A stretch of DNA of 52,407 nt from a virus. The position numbers were made by a program, and so were the translations under genes. The stretch is from UHGV virus genome UHGV-0113213. One strand, written 5' to 3'. The notes under the pieces were generated by a model. It saw only the letters and a program-made list of their open reading frames with translations, did no database searches and was not told where the DNA came from. How positions within the stretch are numbered: position 1 is the first letter of the stretch; the number at the start of each line of letters is the position of its first letter. This document shows, in pieces, positions 17,428 to 25,526 of the stretch.

Positions 17428-17446
17428 AGTTTTTCACCTCTTATTA

Positions 17447-17848
17447 TTATGCAACGCGGACACGTACAAAATCAGCCGCTTCAAGGGTTACAGTTTCCTG
17501 GCAGAAAGCGAAAACAGGTTCATCAGATGTAACCAATTTAAAGCCACCTTCACCAATGGTGATGGCAGCGTCTTTGGTGTAAGCACCTTCAGGAAGCAGA
17601 ATCGCAAATTCACGTCCTTCTTCTGCGTAGTCAGCAACCACGGAATGACCAACCGGGATCGCATCTTCAATGCCTAAACCTTCATGGTATGCCGGGTTAA
17701 CAACATAAATACGTCCTGTGGTATCAGTTGCGGCAGCGAATTTACCAGACGCCATTTTTACCGGAGTACCCGGCTTAAGTGCTGCGGCAGATACTGCTGT
17801 TTCAGTAACGGATTTGCCGTCAATATTTACACGACGAAAACGGGCCAT
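17447..17848 (-). CDS. head decoration / capsid accessory protein
   Basis: 133 aa, beta-rich, located between the scaffold and coat genes. Confidence 0.45.
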   Translation of the reverse strand: MARFRRVNIDGKSVTETAVSAAALKPGTPVKMASGKFAAATDTTGRIYVVNPAYHEGLGIEDAIPVGHSVVADYAEEGREFAILLPEGAYTKDAAITIGEGGFKLVTSDEPVFAFCQETVTLEAADFVRVRVA

Positions 17849-17858
17849 AATTCACCTC

Positions 17859-19145
17859 TTATGCGAAATAGTTGTTAATGTCAGGGGTGGCAGGTTTATT
17901 TCCACCAGCGGCTGAGTTTGCTGCCATTGGTGCTGCTTTACCCAGGGATTTAAACATTGCGTCTAACGCTTCACCACTTAATGCGTTAGCAACAATTTCG
18001 CCGTGTACTTTTGCTACTGCGGCGCGTTTTTCTGCTTCTTCTTTATTTGCGTTTGCTGCGATCTCTTCTTTAATCGCTTTCTGATTGGTCTGTAATTCTT
18101 CAACGCTTGCCTGTACTGGTTTTAATGCCTCTGCTACTGCATTAGCGATATTGGCGGATAAGCCTTCGTTAATTTCTTTTACCAGTTCGGCGCGTTCTTC
18201 TTTGGTCAAAGGCATGGGATCGTCCTCCGATTTATTGGCCTTAATTTTTTCATTCAGGGAGAAAAGATTAGAAAGGTGTTCAGCGAACTGCGTAAACCAG
18301 GATTTACTTTCCTCGTTGGTTGCAAGCTCGCCATTATTGAGAATAATTTTATCAGCCTGTTTTTCATATGCGCAAACTTGAGCACTTTCTGTATTAGTGG
18401 CGATCGTCACTTCTTTATCAGTGAAGTCCACCACATACACGTAATCGGCATCAGGAAATAATTCACGCGCCGCGTCGGTTAATTGTTTCTCAAGCGTACG
18501 GTAACTGTTTTCTTTCATTGCCACCGCCATTAACGGTTTCGCCTGGTCAGTATTAACCATCAACCCTACACCCTGTTCAGGTGATGCGGCTGGCGGCTCA
18601 TGCAGCAAAATAGCGTCATGGTCGATCGACATAATTTTTACTACATGGTCAGCGCCCTGGGCTTTCATCTCTTCAGTAGCTGGCATACGCTGACGATATA
18701 CAGCGACGGACGACCAGATAGGATCTTTGCTTTCTCCTTTCTCCAGTGCTTCCAGTCGGGTTAATAATTCACGCCCCTGTTCTGAATGGCTGGCTGTTTC
18801 AATATCCACCCATTTTTCCACATAAACACGATTGCCGCGTAATTCAACGTTTCTGTTCCACGCTCCACAAAACCCGGTGTTCAATCCTTCCGGGCTAAAT
18901 GCGGAAACAAATTTACCGTCAACGGTAGGATGACCCAGCGGGGCGAGTGTCCCCTCCAGTGACTGGTAATTAGCGATAATTTCAGCTTCCGGGTAATATT
19001 CACGATTCATAACGATATTGAATGGCAGCGTATATGATGGCACAACAATGTGCTCGCGTCCGTTATAAGTTTCCCGGCGTATGGTATTAGCGGTTAATTT
19101 GGTATTAACCTGAATCAGTTCTTTACTCACGGTTTTTACTCCCAA
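17859..19145 (-). CDS. capsid scaffolding (possibly protease-scaffold) protein
   Basis: 428 aa. Globular N-terminal half, then an Ala/Glu/Lys-rich helical C-terminal half (EERAELVKEINEGLSANIANAVAEALKPVQASVEELQ...). Confidence 0.6.
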   Translation of the reverse strand: MGVKTVSKELIQVNTKLTANTIRRETYNGREHIVVPSYTLPFNIVMNREYYPEAEIIANYQSLEGTLAPLGHPTVDGKFVSAFSPEGLNTGFCGAWNRNVELRGNRVYVEKWVDIETASHSEQGRELLTRLEALEKGESKDPIWSSVAVYRQRMPATEEMKAQGADHVVKIMSIDHDAILLHEPPAASPEQGVGLMVNTDQAKPLMAVAMKENSYRTLEKQLTDAARELFPDADYVYVVDFTDKEVTIATNTESAQVCAYEKQADKIILNNGELATNEESKSWFTQFAEHLSNLFSLNEKIKANKSEDDPMPLTKEERAELVKEINEGLSANIANAVAEALKPVQASVEELQTNQKAIKEEIAANANKEEAEKRAAVAKVHGEIVANALSGEALDAMFKSLGKAAPMAANSAAGGNKPATPDINNYFA

Positions 19146-20077
19146 TCTTCGCCATATTTAGCGTGCGCAACTTTATAGTTTTCTTGCGCCCGATCTAATA
19201 TTCGTTCGTTTAATATGTTACCGTCTTCGTCAACTAATACGGTAATCGTGCTACATTTGCAGTTAATTGAATTAGGGGATCTACTCCACCATTCGCGCTG
19301 CTCATCTATGGTGTATGTTTTACCGTGCCGCTGCGCGTGCGATAGCCTGGTAGTCGGTGATAATGCCGAAATGTGCATTTGCATAGTGCGCAGATTAAAT
19401 TCTTCTGTCGCCGCTTCTGCCTCATCCATACGCGCTGTGCGTAACGCTGTGCATATTTCAGTTCGAGCAATACGTTTACACCTGTATAGCGGTAATTGCG
19501 TCTCCTGATTCAATGTGCGCGCTATTTCCAGTGGGTTTAAACCACGGGCCATGCCTTCAGTTAATCGCCGGGCCATATCCTTTTTGATCTGTGCGGTCAG
19601 CCCGCGCATTTCCTCAAATACACGGGTACGGACCAGAGCAAGGCGTGTTCGGTAAGTTGTACTGGATAACACGGCAGATACATCGGGATAAACGCTTGAG
19701 TACGTGACAGACTGGTTAGCAAGGTTGGCGTATTCCTGTGCCGTGCCTCGCAGATACGCGACCTTCACGTATTCCTGCCAGAACCAAAAACTTTCCGGGT
19801 CGGTTAGCTCGAATATCTCATCAATCATGTCGCTGGCGTCCTCCAGCATGTCGTGCAATTCATCCATGTAAATCTGGAAGGTATATTTCTTATTAACAGC
19901 CAGGCTATATTGTATTTTGTCCAGTATGGCGATATATGGATCGGCTACTTTTTTCAGGCAGGATTTGAAACGCTTAATAGCGCCAGACCTCAACCTCCCT
20001 GTCATGGTCGGGTCTTCGGTGTTAGATGGCATTATCGCGGCTGGAGGTATTCGCCTGATTATTTTCTTCACCTTCAT
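19136..20077 (-). CDS. head morphogenesis protein (Mu F / SPP1 gp7 family)
   Basis: 313 aa. RIARTEICTALRTARMDEA-type motif. Directly after the portal gene. The start may be an internal Met at 20032 or 20005, because the ORF overlaps the portal end. Confidence 0.75.
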   Translation of the reverse strand: MKVKKIIRRIPPAAIMPSNTEDPTMTGRLRSGAIKRFKSCLKKVADPYIAILDKIQYSLAVNKKYTFQIYMDELHDMLEDASDMIDEIFELTDPESFWFWQEYVKVAYLRGTAQEYANLANQSVTYSSVYPDVSAVLSSTTYRTRLALVRTRVFEEMRGLTAQIKKDMARRLTEGMARGLNPLEIARTLNQETQLPLYRCKRIARTEICTALRTARMDEAEAATEEFNLRTMQMHISALSPTTRLSHAQRHGKTYTIDEQREWWSRSPNSINCKCSTITVLVDEDGNILNERILDRAQENYKVAHAKYGEDWE

Positions 20078-21395
20078 TGTCGTTTTCCTCGTCGTCCAGT
20101 TCTACTTCCTGCGTTGGCCCTTCATACCCGGCAGCCTCGCGGATCTCGTCACCGTCGAATACTTGTTCACCTGTGGCGAGACATGCCTGATTGATTTGCG
20201 CCATTTTGTATGCCGCGTCGAGTAGCTCGGCTTTCGTCATGGCGTTAAGGTCGTCCCACAGTACCGACACGTCGACTGGCATACTGATAAGGCGGAGATC
20301 TGCCATCTTGCGGAATAGTTCCTCAAGCTCGCCTCCTATTTCCTCCCGGCGGGTCATACAGCGGTTATTGAAGTAGCGGAGGTCTTCGGTTGATGCACGC
20401 TCACCCTGCTGATTCCCAACCAGGATACGCGTTGGAATGTCGATACCAGCGGCGGCGGTTTGCAGGTTGACGTCATAGGTAGCTGATGGATCCGCCACGG
20501 CAGTAACCAGCGGGCTAACGGTAGCTCCCTGTAATGCCATCATCACATCATTCCCTTTGTTTATATCCTCTGCCGCTTCATTGAATTTTTCGCGCAGCTC
20601 TGTAACGTCGCAACCGTATGTCGCAGCCAGGGAACGGAAATCAATCTCTTTGTCGAATGAGATAGCTAGTTGACGCGCTGCGTTTTTCAGAAAGGATTCA
20701 CCGCTACCGCCTTCCACTTTCTCCAGCGATACAAAAGCGTTATAGGACGGCTCAAGGAAAGCGATGGCATCATCAGAATAATCACCGAAGATAAATATGC
20801 GATCTGGATGTATCTTTCTTGCTATGGTCTTACTGTTAATGCGCTCCTTGTATTCCCACCATGTCGGCAGGCCATAGCTTTCACTTTCCGGATCTTCTTC
20901 GAAGTCCTTCGGTGTAAGAGCACCAGCCCATACAGGGGTAAATTTGGCAATGCCTACACCTTTCGTCACTGGCTGATCCCACGGCTGGTTATCCCTGACG
21001 TGAATTAACAGGCCAGCATAACGACCAATGAGGCGGCGGCGATCGCATTCAGCTATGACGCGCCAGAAACGATTATCAAATCGTTTTTTGATTTCTCTTT
21101 CCCACGGCGTTTCCTTTTTTGCTTTCTCGTCTTCCGTACCTTCGATCAGCGTTGGCCTGGTGCGCCAGCACGTAGTGATGATCTTCTCAATAGCACCGTG
21201 AGCGATACCACCGCGACGATACAGTTTGTATAAATCGGCATAGGTGATTTCTTCTTTGAATCCGTATTCACTCCACGCAGCATCACGCTTTGCATCAATA
21301 CCCATTGAGAAAGGATGCGCGGCGGCATAGCGTGCAAAGGCCGCCTGACGTTGTGACAAGGCAGCATTAACCGCCAATTCTAAATTGGATGGCAT
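20022..21395 (-). CDS. portal protein
   Basis: 457 aa from the ATG at 21395 (AGGAG SD). The track ORF starts at 21416. Size, acidic C-terminus and position between TerL and the Mu-F-like gene. Confidence 0.8.
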   Translation of the reverse strand: MPSNLELAVNAALSQRQAAFARYAAAHPFSMGIDAKRDAAWSEYGFKEEITYADLYKLYRRGGIAHGAIEKIITTCWRTRPTLIEGTEDEKAKKETPWEREIKKRFDNRFWRVIAECDRRRLIGRYAGLLIHVRDNQPWDQPVTKGVGIAKFTPVWAGALTPKDFEEDPESESYGLPTWWEYKERINSKTIARKIHPDRIFIFGDYSDDAIAFLEPSYNAFVSLEKVEGGSGESFLKNAARQLAISFDKEIDFRSLAATYGCDVTELREKFNEAAEDINKGNDVMMALQGATVSPLVTAVADPSATYDVNLQTAAAGIDIPTRILVGNQQGERASTEDLRYFNNRCMTRREEIGGELEELFRKMADLRLISMPVDVSVLWDDLNAMTKAELLDAAYKMAQINQACLATGEQVFDGDEIREAAGYEGPTQEVELDDEENDNEGEENNQANTSSRDNAI

Positions 21396-21417
21396 AATGT
21401 TTACTCCTGAATGCATG

Positions 21418-21443
21418 TTTACGCGTTGCTACGCGAAAAATAG
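21418..21443. repeat. conserved hairpin element, copy 2 (see 9148-9174)
   Basis: TTTACGCGTTGCTACGCGAAAAATAG, in the 78-nt gap between TerL and portal. Confidence 0.6.
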
Positions 21444-21473
21444 AAAAATTCGTGATGGATTGTGAGATGTTTT

Positions 21474-22988
21474 TTAAAATCCGCGCAGGCGCTTAGGTAA
21501 CATAAGGCCCATTGCCTGTGGCTGGCTTAATTCAGTGATACCCCACACCATAGCGTCGAGGCGGTCAGGTGATTTTTTAGCGGTAGCTGGCACGTATTCC
21601 ATCATTTGATTTTCCAGCGTGTACAGGCTGCCTGTGTGGGCCACCCTTCCTTGTGCATACAGTGCCGATATTGGCTCGGCGCGGGCGAATTTACCCTTGC
21701 TTGCGTGCACCTTAACAATGCGGCCTTTGAATCCGGCGTTACGTAGCGTGGCCTCTGCCATATCACCACCCTGGTTGGTTTCGATAACCATCGCGTCAGC
21801 TTCATGGATGTTGTAGGCGTTCATTGCTGCTTGCGCCCAGTCATTAGGTGACATGCGTCCTGAGTAGTCACCGTCTACTGAATACTGAGCATTCTTGCCA
21901 CCACCATAAGCGGAACAGGCTACAATCCCTGTTTCGTCTGACTCATCAGATGATGTTGTCGCCGGGTCGATGGCTATCACCGTGCGAATTTTCTCCTGCG
22001 TTATCTGCATCCTGTGCGCGGCGGTTATCATCGCTTCAGTCCACAATGCGCCCTCTTGATCGAACTTGCGCGGACACTGCATATATTGAGCTTCGAATGT
22101 TCGGCGATGTGATTTAAGAGTTGATTCATCTTTATCACTATGCTTATGCAACCATAGCCAGCCATCCGGCAGGTTGTGAGGAACAGGAATAGCAAATTTG
22201 TTTTCCGGGTACAGATCCCAATAGTCAAGACTGTTGTCGATCTTCACTGGCAGGCAAAGGTGATGCCATTTCTCACCACTACCGCCACGTAACAGGTAGC
22301 CGGATAAATCATCGTAGTGGATACGCTGCATGATGACGATCACTGGCGTTGTTTGCACAGCCAGGCGCGAAGAAAGCGTGTCGTTGTAATTGGTATTAAC
22401 CTGCTTTCGCACCACATCAGAATAAGCGTCAGCTGGTTTCAGGGGGTCATCAATAATCATTGCGCCGTTAAACCCAGGTTCCATGTACCCGGCGCGGAAC
22501 CCTGTCACCTGTCCAAGCGATGACGTCGCATACACGCCGCCACCCTGAGTGGTCCACCACAGGTTTTTCGCGTTCGAATCGTTGCGCATTTGCATAGGCC
22601 ACAATTCCTGATATTGCGGCATCGTGATTATGTTTCTTGTCTCTGAGGAATTAAGCAAGGCGAGTCCGTGTGAATACGATACATGCAGGAATCTGGTGCG
22701 GGGTTCTATTGCGAGGCAGCGGGCCATCATGTGAATTGTGGCAATCATTGTTTTGCCATAGCCCGGTGGGATGTTGATTATCAACCTGGTGATTTCACCA
22801 TTAATAACTCGTTGTAGCGTATCGGCAATTATTCTGTGATGACGCCCAACCAAAAAGTCCTTGCCAACCTGTTGCTTATAAAAGTAGGAACTAAAAAACA
22901 AAGGTGCTGATATGTCTTTGGGGGCACAACCTTTAACACACAACCCCCTTAGAACCTCTCTGTCAATCTTTGTCGTCGCAGTCTCCAT
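21474..22988 (-). CDS. terL: terminase large subunit
   Basis: 504 aa. Walker A-like IPPGYGKT, a DD(P) Walker B region and a C-terminal nuclease-like half. Confidence 0.9.
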   Translation of the reverse strand: METATTKIDREVLRGLCVKGCAPKDISAPLFFSSYFYKQQVGKDFLVGRHHRIIADTLQRVINGEITRLIINIPPGYGKTMIATIHMMARCLAIEPRTRFLHVSYSHGLALLNSSETRNIITMPQYQELWPMQMRNDSNAKNLWWTTQGGGVYATSSLGQVTGFRAGYMEPGFNGAMIIDDPLKPADAYSDVVRKQVNTNYNDTLSSRLAVQTTPVIVIMQRIHYDDLSGYLLRGGSGEKWHHLCLPVKIDNSLDYWDLYPENKFAIPVPHNLPDGWLWLHKHSDKDESTLKSHRRTFEAQYMQCPRKFDQEGALWTEAMITAAHRMQITQEKIRTVIAIDPATTSSDESDETGIVACSAYGGGKNAQYSVDGDYSGRMSPNDWAQAAMNAYNIHEADAMVIETNQGGDMAEATLRNAGFKGRIVKVHASKGKFARAEPISALYAQGRVAHTGSLYTLENQMMEYVPATAKKSPDRLDAMVWGITELSQPQAMGLMLPKRLRGF

Positions 22989-23478
22989 GAGTATTGTACT
23001 CCTTATTCAGGTTATCGATTATCTCAAGGACAGTAGTCTGATTTACTTCTACCTGGACGGGCGCTTCTTCCCTGTTACCTACGATCTCCTGCGTGACGCG
23101 CTCACCATATTTACGCGGTTGCAGTTTTGCCAGTAACCATTTACGAGTTTCAATCATCAGTTGATGGCGGCGGCATTGGTCTTTATCGGTGTTCTCCGCT
23201 GCGTCTGCTATGTCGATAATCTCATCAGCCAATATCTCAAAACCGATCTCCTTCGCGCGCATGTACATGTCCGAGAACTCCGGCACGTCTCTGAACCATT
23301 TAAGGATTGTTGAACGCGCAGGCATATCAGGCATCTTCGAAATTTTGTTAATACTCTGACCGTCCGCCACCAGCTCACAGATTTCTAATGCCTTTTCTTC
23401 GGTATAACCATGCGGACGGCCCGTCTTTTTGGCTGCTGGCTTTTTATCGTCAGCATTTGCCTTTTTAGTGCGGGCCAT
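22963..23478 (-). CDS. terS: terminase small subunit
   Basis: 171 aa. Basic N-terminus, HTH (SINKISKMPDMPARSTILKWF), RKWLLAKL..RKYGE motif. Overlaps the TerL start. Confidence 0.8.
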   Translation of the reverse strand: MARTKKANADDKKPAAKKTGRPHGYTEEKALEICELVADGQSINKISKMPDMPARSTILKWFRDVPEFSDMYMRAKEIGFEILADEIIDIADAAENTDKDQCRRHQLMIETRKWLLAKLQPRKYGERVTQEIVGNREEAPVQVEVNQTTVLEIIDNLNKEYNTHGDCDDKD

Positions 23479-23488
23479 AATTCACCTC

Positions 23489-23632
23489 TTAATCATCTTT
23501 ACCAAATCTTAATTTAAATTCATTCATCATCTTTTCTACTTCCTGTTCGGAAAGATAGATGGTTTCATTATTTTCTGCTGAATCAAGTGCCTTTCTTATT
23601 TCATCTGCTATTTTTAGTTCTTCATCGTTCAT
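23489..23632 (-). CDS. hypothetical acidic small protein
   Basis: 47 aa from the ATG at 23632 (GAGGTG SD): MNDEELKIADEIRKALDSAENNETIYLSEQEVEKMMNEFKLRFGKDD. Confidence 0.55.
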   Translation of the reverse strand: MNDEELKIADEIRKALDSAENNETIYLSEQEVEKMMNEFKLRFGKDD

Positions 23633-23643
23633 ATCGTCACCTC

Positions 23644-23727
23644 TTAATATTTGTTGATGATATATACGCAAGCCACAAAACTTGCGCAATATGTTAATAC
23701 TTCCAACCAGTCGAATAGCTCTTTCAT
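23644..23727 (-). CDS. hydrophobic micropeptide, array member 11 of 11 (27 aa)
   Basis: MKELFDWLEVLTYCASFVACVYIINKY. ATGA overlap with member 10. Confidence 0.55.
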   Translation of the reverse strand: MKELFDWLEVLTYCASFVACVYIINKY

Positions 23728-23867
23728 TGTTGCCCCTTGAATATATGCTTCGCTTCTCTGTAAATTAGCGCACCAGTCATTACAATCGCGTATACGCATA
23801 ACATTAACGCGACGATAAGCACGCCAGAACAAAGCAAAAACATCAGTAGATCGATAAATTCAAACAT
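23724..23867 (-). CDS. hydrophobic micropeptide, array member 10 (47 aa)
   Basis: MFEFIDLLMFLLCSGVLIVALMLCVYAIVMTGALIYREAKHIFKGQQ. GGTGAG lies 8 nt upstream. Confidence 0.6.
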   Translation of the reverse strand: MFEFIDLLMFLLCSGVLIVALMLCVYAIVMTGALIYREAKHIFKGQQ

Positions 23868-23875
23868 AATATTTC

Positions 23876-23944
23876 TCACCAGGAGAAAACAATAACAACC
23901 AACAGTGCGCTTATAGCTATAATTAAGAAATCACTATCAGACAT
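23876..23944 (-). CDS. hydrophobic micropeptide, array member 9 (22 aa)
   Basis: MSDSDFLIIAISALLVVIVFSW. The start lies inside the end of member 8. Confidence 0.5.
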   Translation of the reverse strand: MSDSDFLIIAISALLVVIVFSW

Positions 23945-24011
23945 TGATAATTACCAAGATAATAAATAACGCAACTGTACACACGATCAACATAATATCA
24001 ATAGCGTTCAT
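23937..24011 (-). CDS. hydrophobic micropeptide, array member 8 (24 aa)
   Basis: MNAIDIMLIVCTVALFIILVIINV. GGTGAG SD. Confidence 0.55.
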   Translation of the reverse strand: MNAIDIMLIVCTVALFIILVIINV

Positions 24012-24019
24012 TCGCTCAC

Positions 24020-24088
24020 CTACTGAGTCAGTGCTGTCATGGTAAGAACAATCGCGACAATCAGGAAAAAGAAATCAAGCCATTTCAT
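24020..24088 (-). CDS. hydrophobic micropeptide, array member 7 (22 aa)
   Basis: MKWLDFFFLIVAIVLTMTALTQ. AGGAG SD 6 nt upstream. Confidence 0.6.
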   Translation of the reverse strand: MKWLDFFFLIVAIVLTMTALTQ

Positions 24089-24103
24089 TTTAACTCCTGA
24101 GAT

Positions 24104-24175
24104 TCAGTTAACACTTAAAAGCACCGCAACGATGACAATCACTATAATCATGCAAAAGAAGTCTGCTTCTCTCAT
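24104..24175 (-). CDS. hydrophobic micropeptide, array member 6 (23 aa)
   Basis: MREADFFCMIIVIVIVAVLLSVN. ATGA overlap with member 5. Confidence 0.55.
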   Translation of the reverse strand: MREADFFCMIIVIVIVAVLLSVN

Positions 24176-24252
24176 CTTTTTAGCCCTCGATAAAAATCAA
24201 CAGCAATGACTACAACTACAGCCACCAGCAATAGCATTTCGTATGCGTTCAT
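24172..24252 (-). CDS. hydrophobic micropeptide, array member 5 (26 aa)
   Basis: MNAYEMLLLVAVVVVIAVDFYRGLKR. ATGA overlap with member 4. Confidence 0.55.
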   Translation of the reverse strand: MNAYEMLLLVAVVVVIAVDFYRGLKR

Positions 24253-24347
24253 TTGATGCTACCCATAACAAGGCCGATGATAATAATTATGGCGACAATG
24301 CCTAACATCATTCCGAACATAATCGCCATCAGTTCGAATATATCCAT
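24249..24347 (-). CDS. hydrophobic micropeptide, array member 4 (32 aa)
   Basis: MDIFELMAIMFGMMLGIVAIIIIIGLVMGSIK. 3-nt gap after member 3. Confidence 0.55.
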   Translation of the reverse strand: MDIFELMAIMFGMMLGIVAIIIIIGLVMGSIK

Positions 24348-24350
24348 GCT

Positions 24351-24425
24351 TCAGCTTTCAATGAATATCATGATCGCCAGCCATACGGCGACGCATAAGG
24401 AAAGGATGATTAGCGGGTCAATCAT
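24351..24425 (-). CDS. hydrophobic micropeptide, array member 3 (24 aa)
   Basis: MIDPLIILSLCVAVWLAIMIFIES. GGTGGGGTGA SD. Confidence 0.55.
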   Translation of the reverse strand: MIDPLIILSLCVAVWLAIMIFIES

Positions 24426-24429
24426 ATTT

Positions 24430-24540
24430 TCACCCCACCAAATACTTGATATATACGTTTATCAGCGCAACTATAATAGAACCAGCAAGAAACACAGAAA
24501 CGCCGATTAATACGGCAATGATGTAAGCGGCCATAATCAT
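24430..24540 (-). CDS. hydrophobic micropeptide, array member 2 (36 aa)
   Basis: MIMAAYIIAVLIGVSVFLAGSIIVALINVYIKYLVG. TAATG overlap with member 1. Confidence 0.55.
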   Translation of the reverse strand: MIMAAYIIAVLIGVSVFLAGSIIVALINVYIKYLVG

Positions 24541-24602
24541 TACTTCCACAACAAAAACAATATTACAGCCGCCGCCATTCCGATAAATAAATAAGCGTCC
24601 AT
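24540..24602 (-). CDS. hydrophobic micropeptide, array member 1 (20 aa)
   Basis: MDAYLFIGMAAAVILFLLWK. The ATG lies 2 nt after the stop of the HExxH gene. Confidence 0.5.
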   Translation of the reverse strand: MDAYLFIGMAAAVILFLLWK

Positions 24603-24604
24603 AA

Positions 24605-25189
24605 TCAGCCTCGTTTAAAGCTCATTACACGCGGTACAAGCGCCTCTTTTGCTTTAGGCTTACGTTTGCCTTTCTTGGCTGGTTTTTTCTCTTCTTTCGG
24701 CTCCTCTGCCTGCTCTACTGCCTGTTCTGCTGCATCAGTCGCCTTTTCCGCCTGCTCCAATGCCTGCTCAACGACTTCAGCGGCCTGCATAGCTGCCAAC
24801 TGTGCTTCGTTAGATTCAGCCAGGATCGGGAAGAATGCATCAAAGATGCGGCCCACCATGTAAGCATATGTCTCGTTTGCCGGATGGCTTGGTTCTGTAG
24901 TCGCTACGACACCGACATCACTTAAAACGTGGAATGTAGTGTGAGCCGCTTCATGTACCAGCGTACCAAGCTCATTATCGAATACTGCGATCACGTAGAA
25001 GTTACCGCCTTTCTCGCCAGTGCAAGTAAGTGTTAAACCTCCTGCCAGTTCAAAATCAGGTTCGATTGGGATCCCTGCCTTTTCGCAAAATTCATAGAAC
25101 ATGTCACGAGTCGGGCAGAAGAAAACTGTTGTATGCTCGAAGAGCGGGACTTTGAATTGAGGCAACTTAATGCCTTTACCCTTAGCCAT
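24605..25189 (-). CDS. HExxH-motif protein (putative zinc metallopeptidase) with an acidic coiled and Lys-rich tail
   Basis: 194 aa. GTLVHEAAHTTFHV contains HEAAH plus a downstream His. The C-terminus runs AEQAVEQAEEPKEEKKPAKKGKRKPKAKE. Confidence 0.5.
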   Translation of the reverse strand: MAKGKGIKLPQFKVPLFEHTTVFFCPTRDMFYEFCEKAGIPIEPDFELAGGLTLTCTGEKGGNFYVIAVFDNELGTLVHEAAHTTFHVLSDVGVVATTEPSHPANETYAYMVGRIFDAFFPILAESNEAQLAAMQAAEVVEQALEQAEKATDAAEQAVEQAEEPKEEKKPAKKGKRKPKAKEALVPRVMSFKRG

Positions 25190-25526
25190 CAGAATATTCC
25201 TCTATCCTGAAAAATATAACCCCCGCAAAACTGGACACCGCAGGGAGTGAAAACAGATATAAAACACTGAAAACGGCGCTTAGTGAGTACCGTTTGCAGA
25301 ATTTTATAAAACTGGACCTGCTTAACATCTCTGATAAACAGATCCGGGCGCTCGTCCTACGCGTGGCAGGTGAGTAAATGGCGCTTTCTTCTACCCAGGT
25401 AGCGCCGTACCTGTTAATGAGGTTGTTTACCCGGTATTACGTGTTTTTGAATTTCCGCCGTCGCTCGCGGGAAGGATTGACCCGGTTATGGCTGGCTGGC
25501 AGAAACGGCGACACGTCCACGAGCTG

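Noticed and set aside
21146-21367. Alternative-frame minus-strand ORFs inside the portal gene (21146..21367), the Q gene (32852..33160), the endolysin/spanin genes and others
   Set aside because: They are embedded in better-supported genes, with biased basic composition. The exception is the o-spanin at 25595..25789, which has a lipobox and is accepted.
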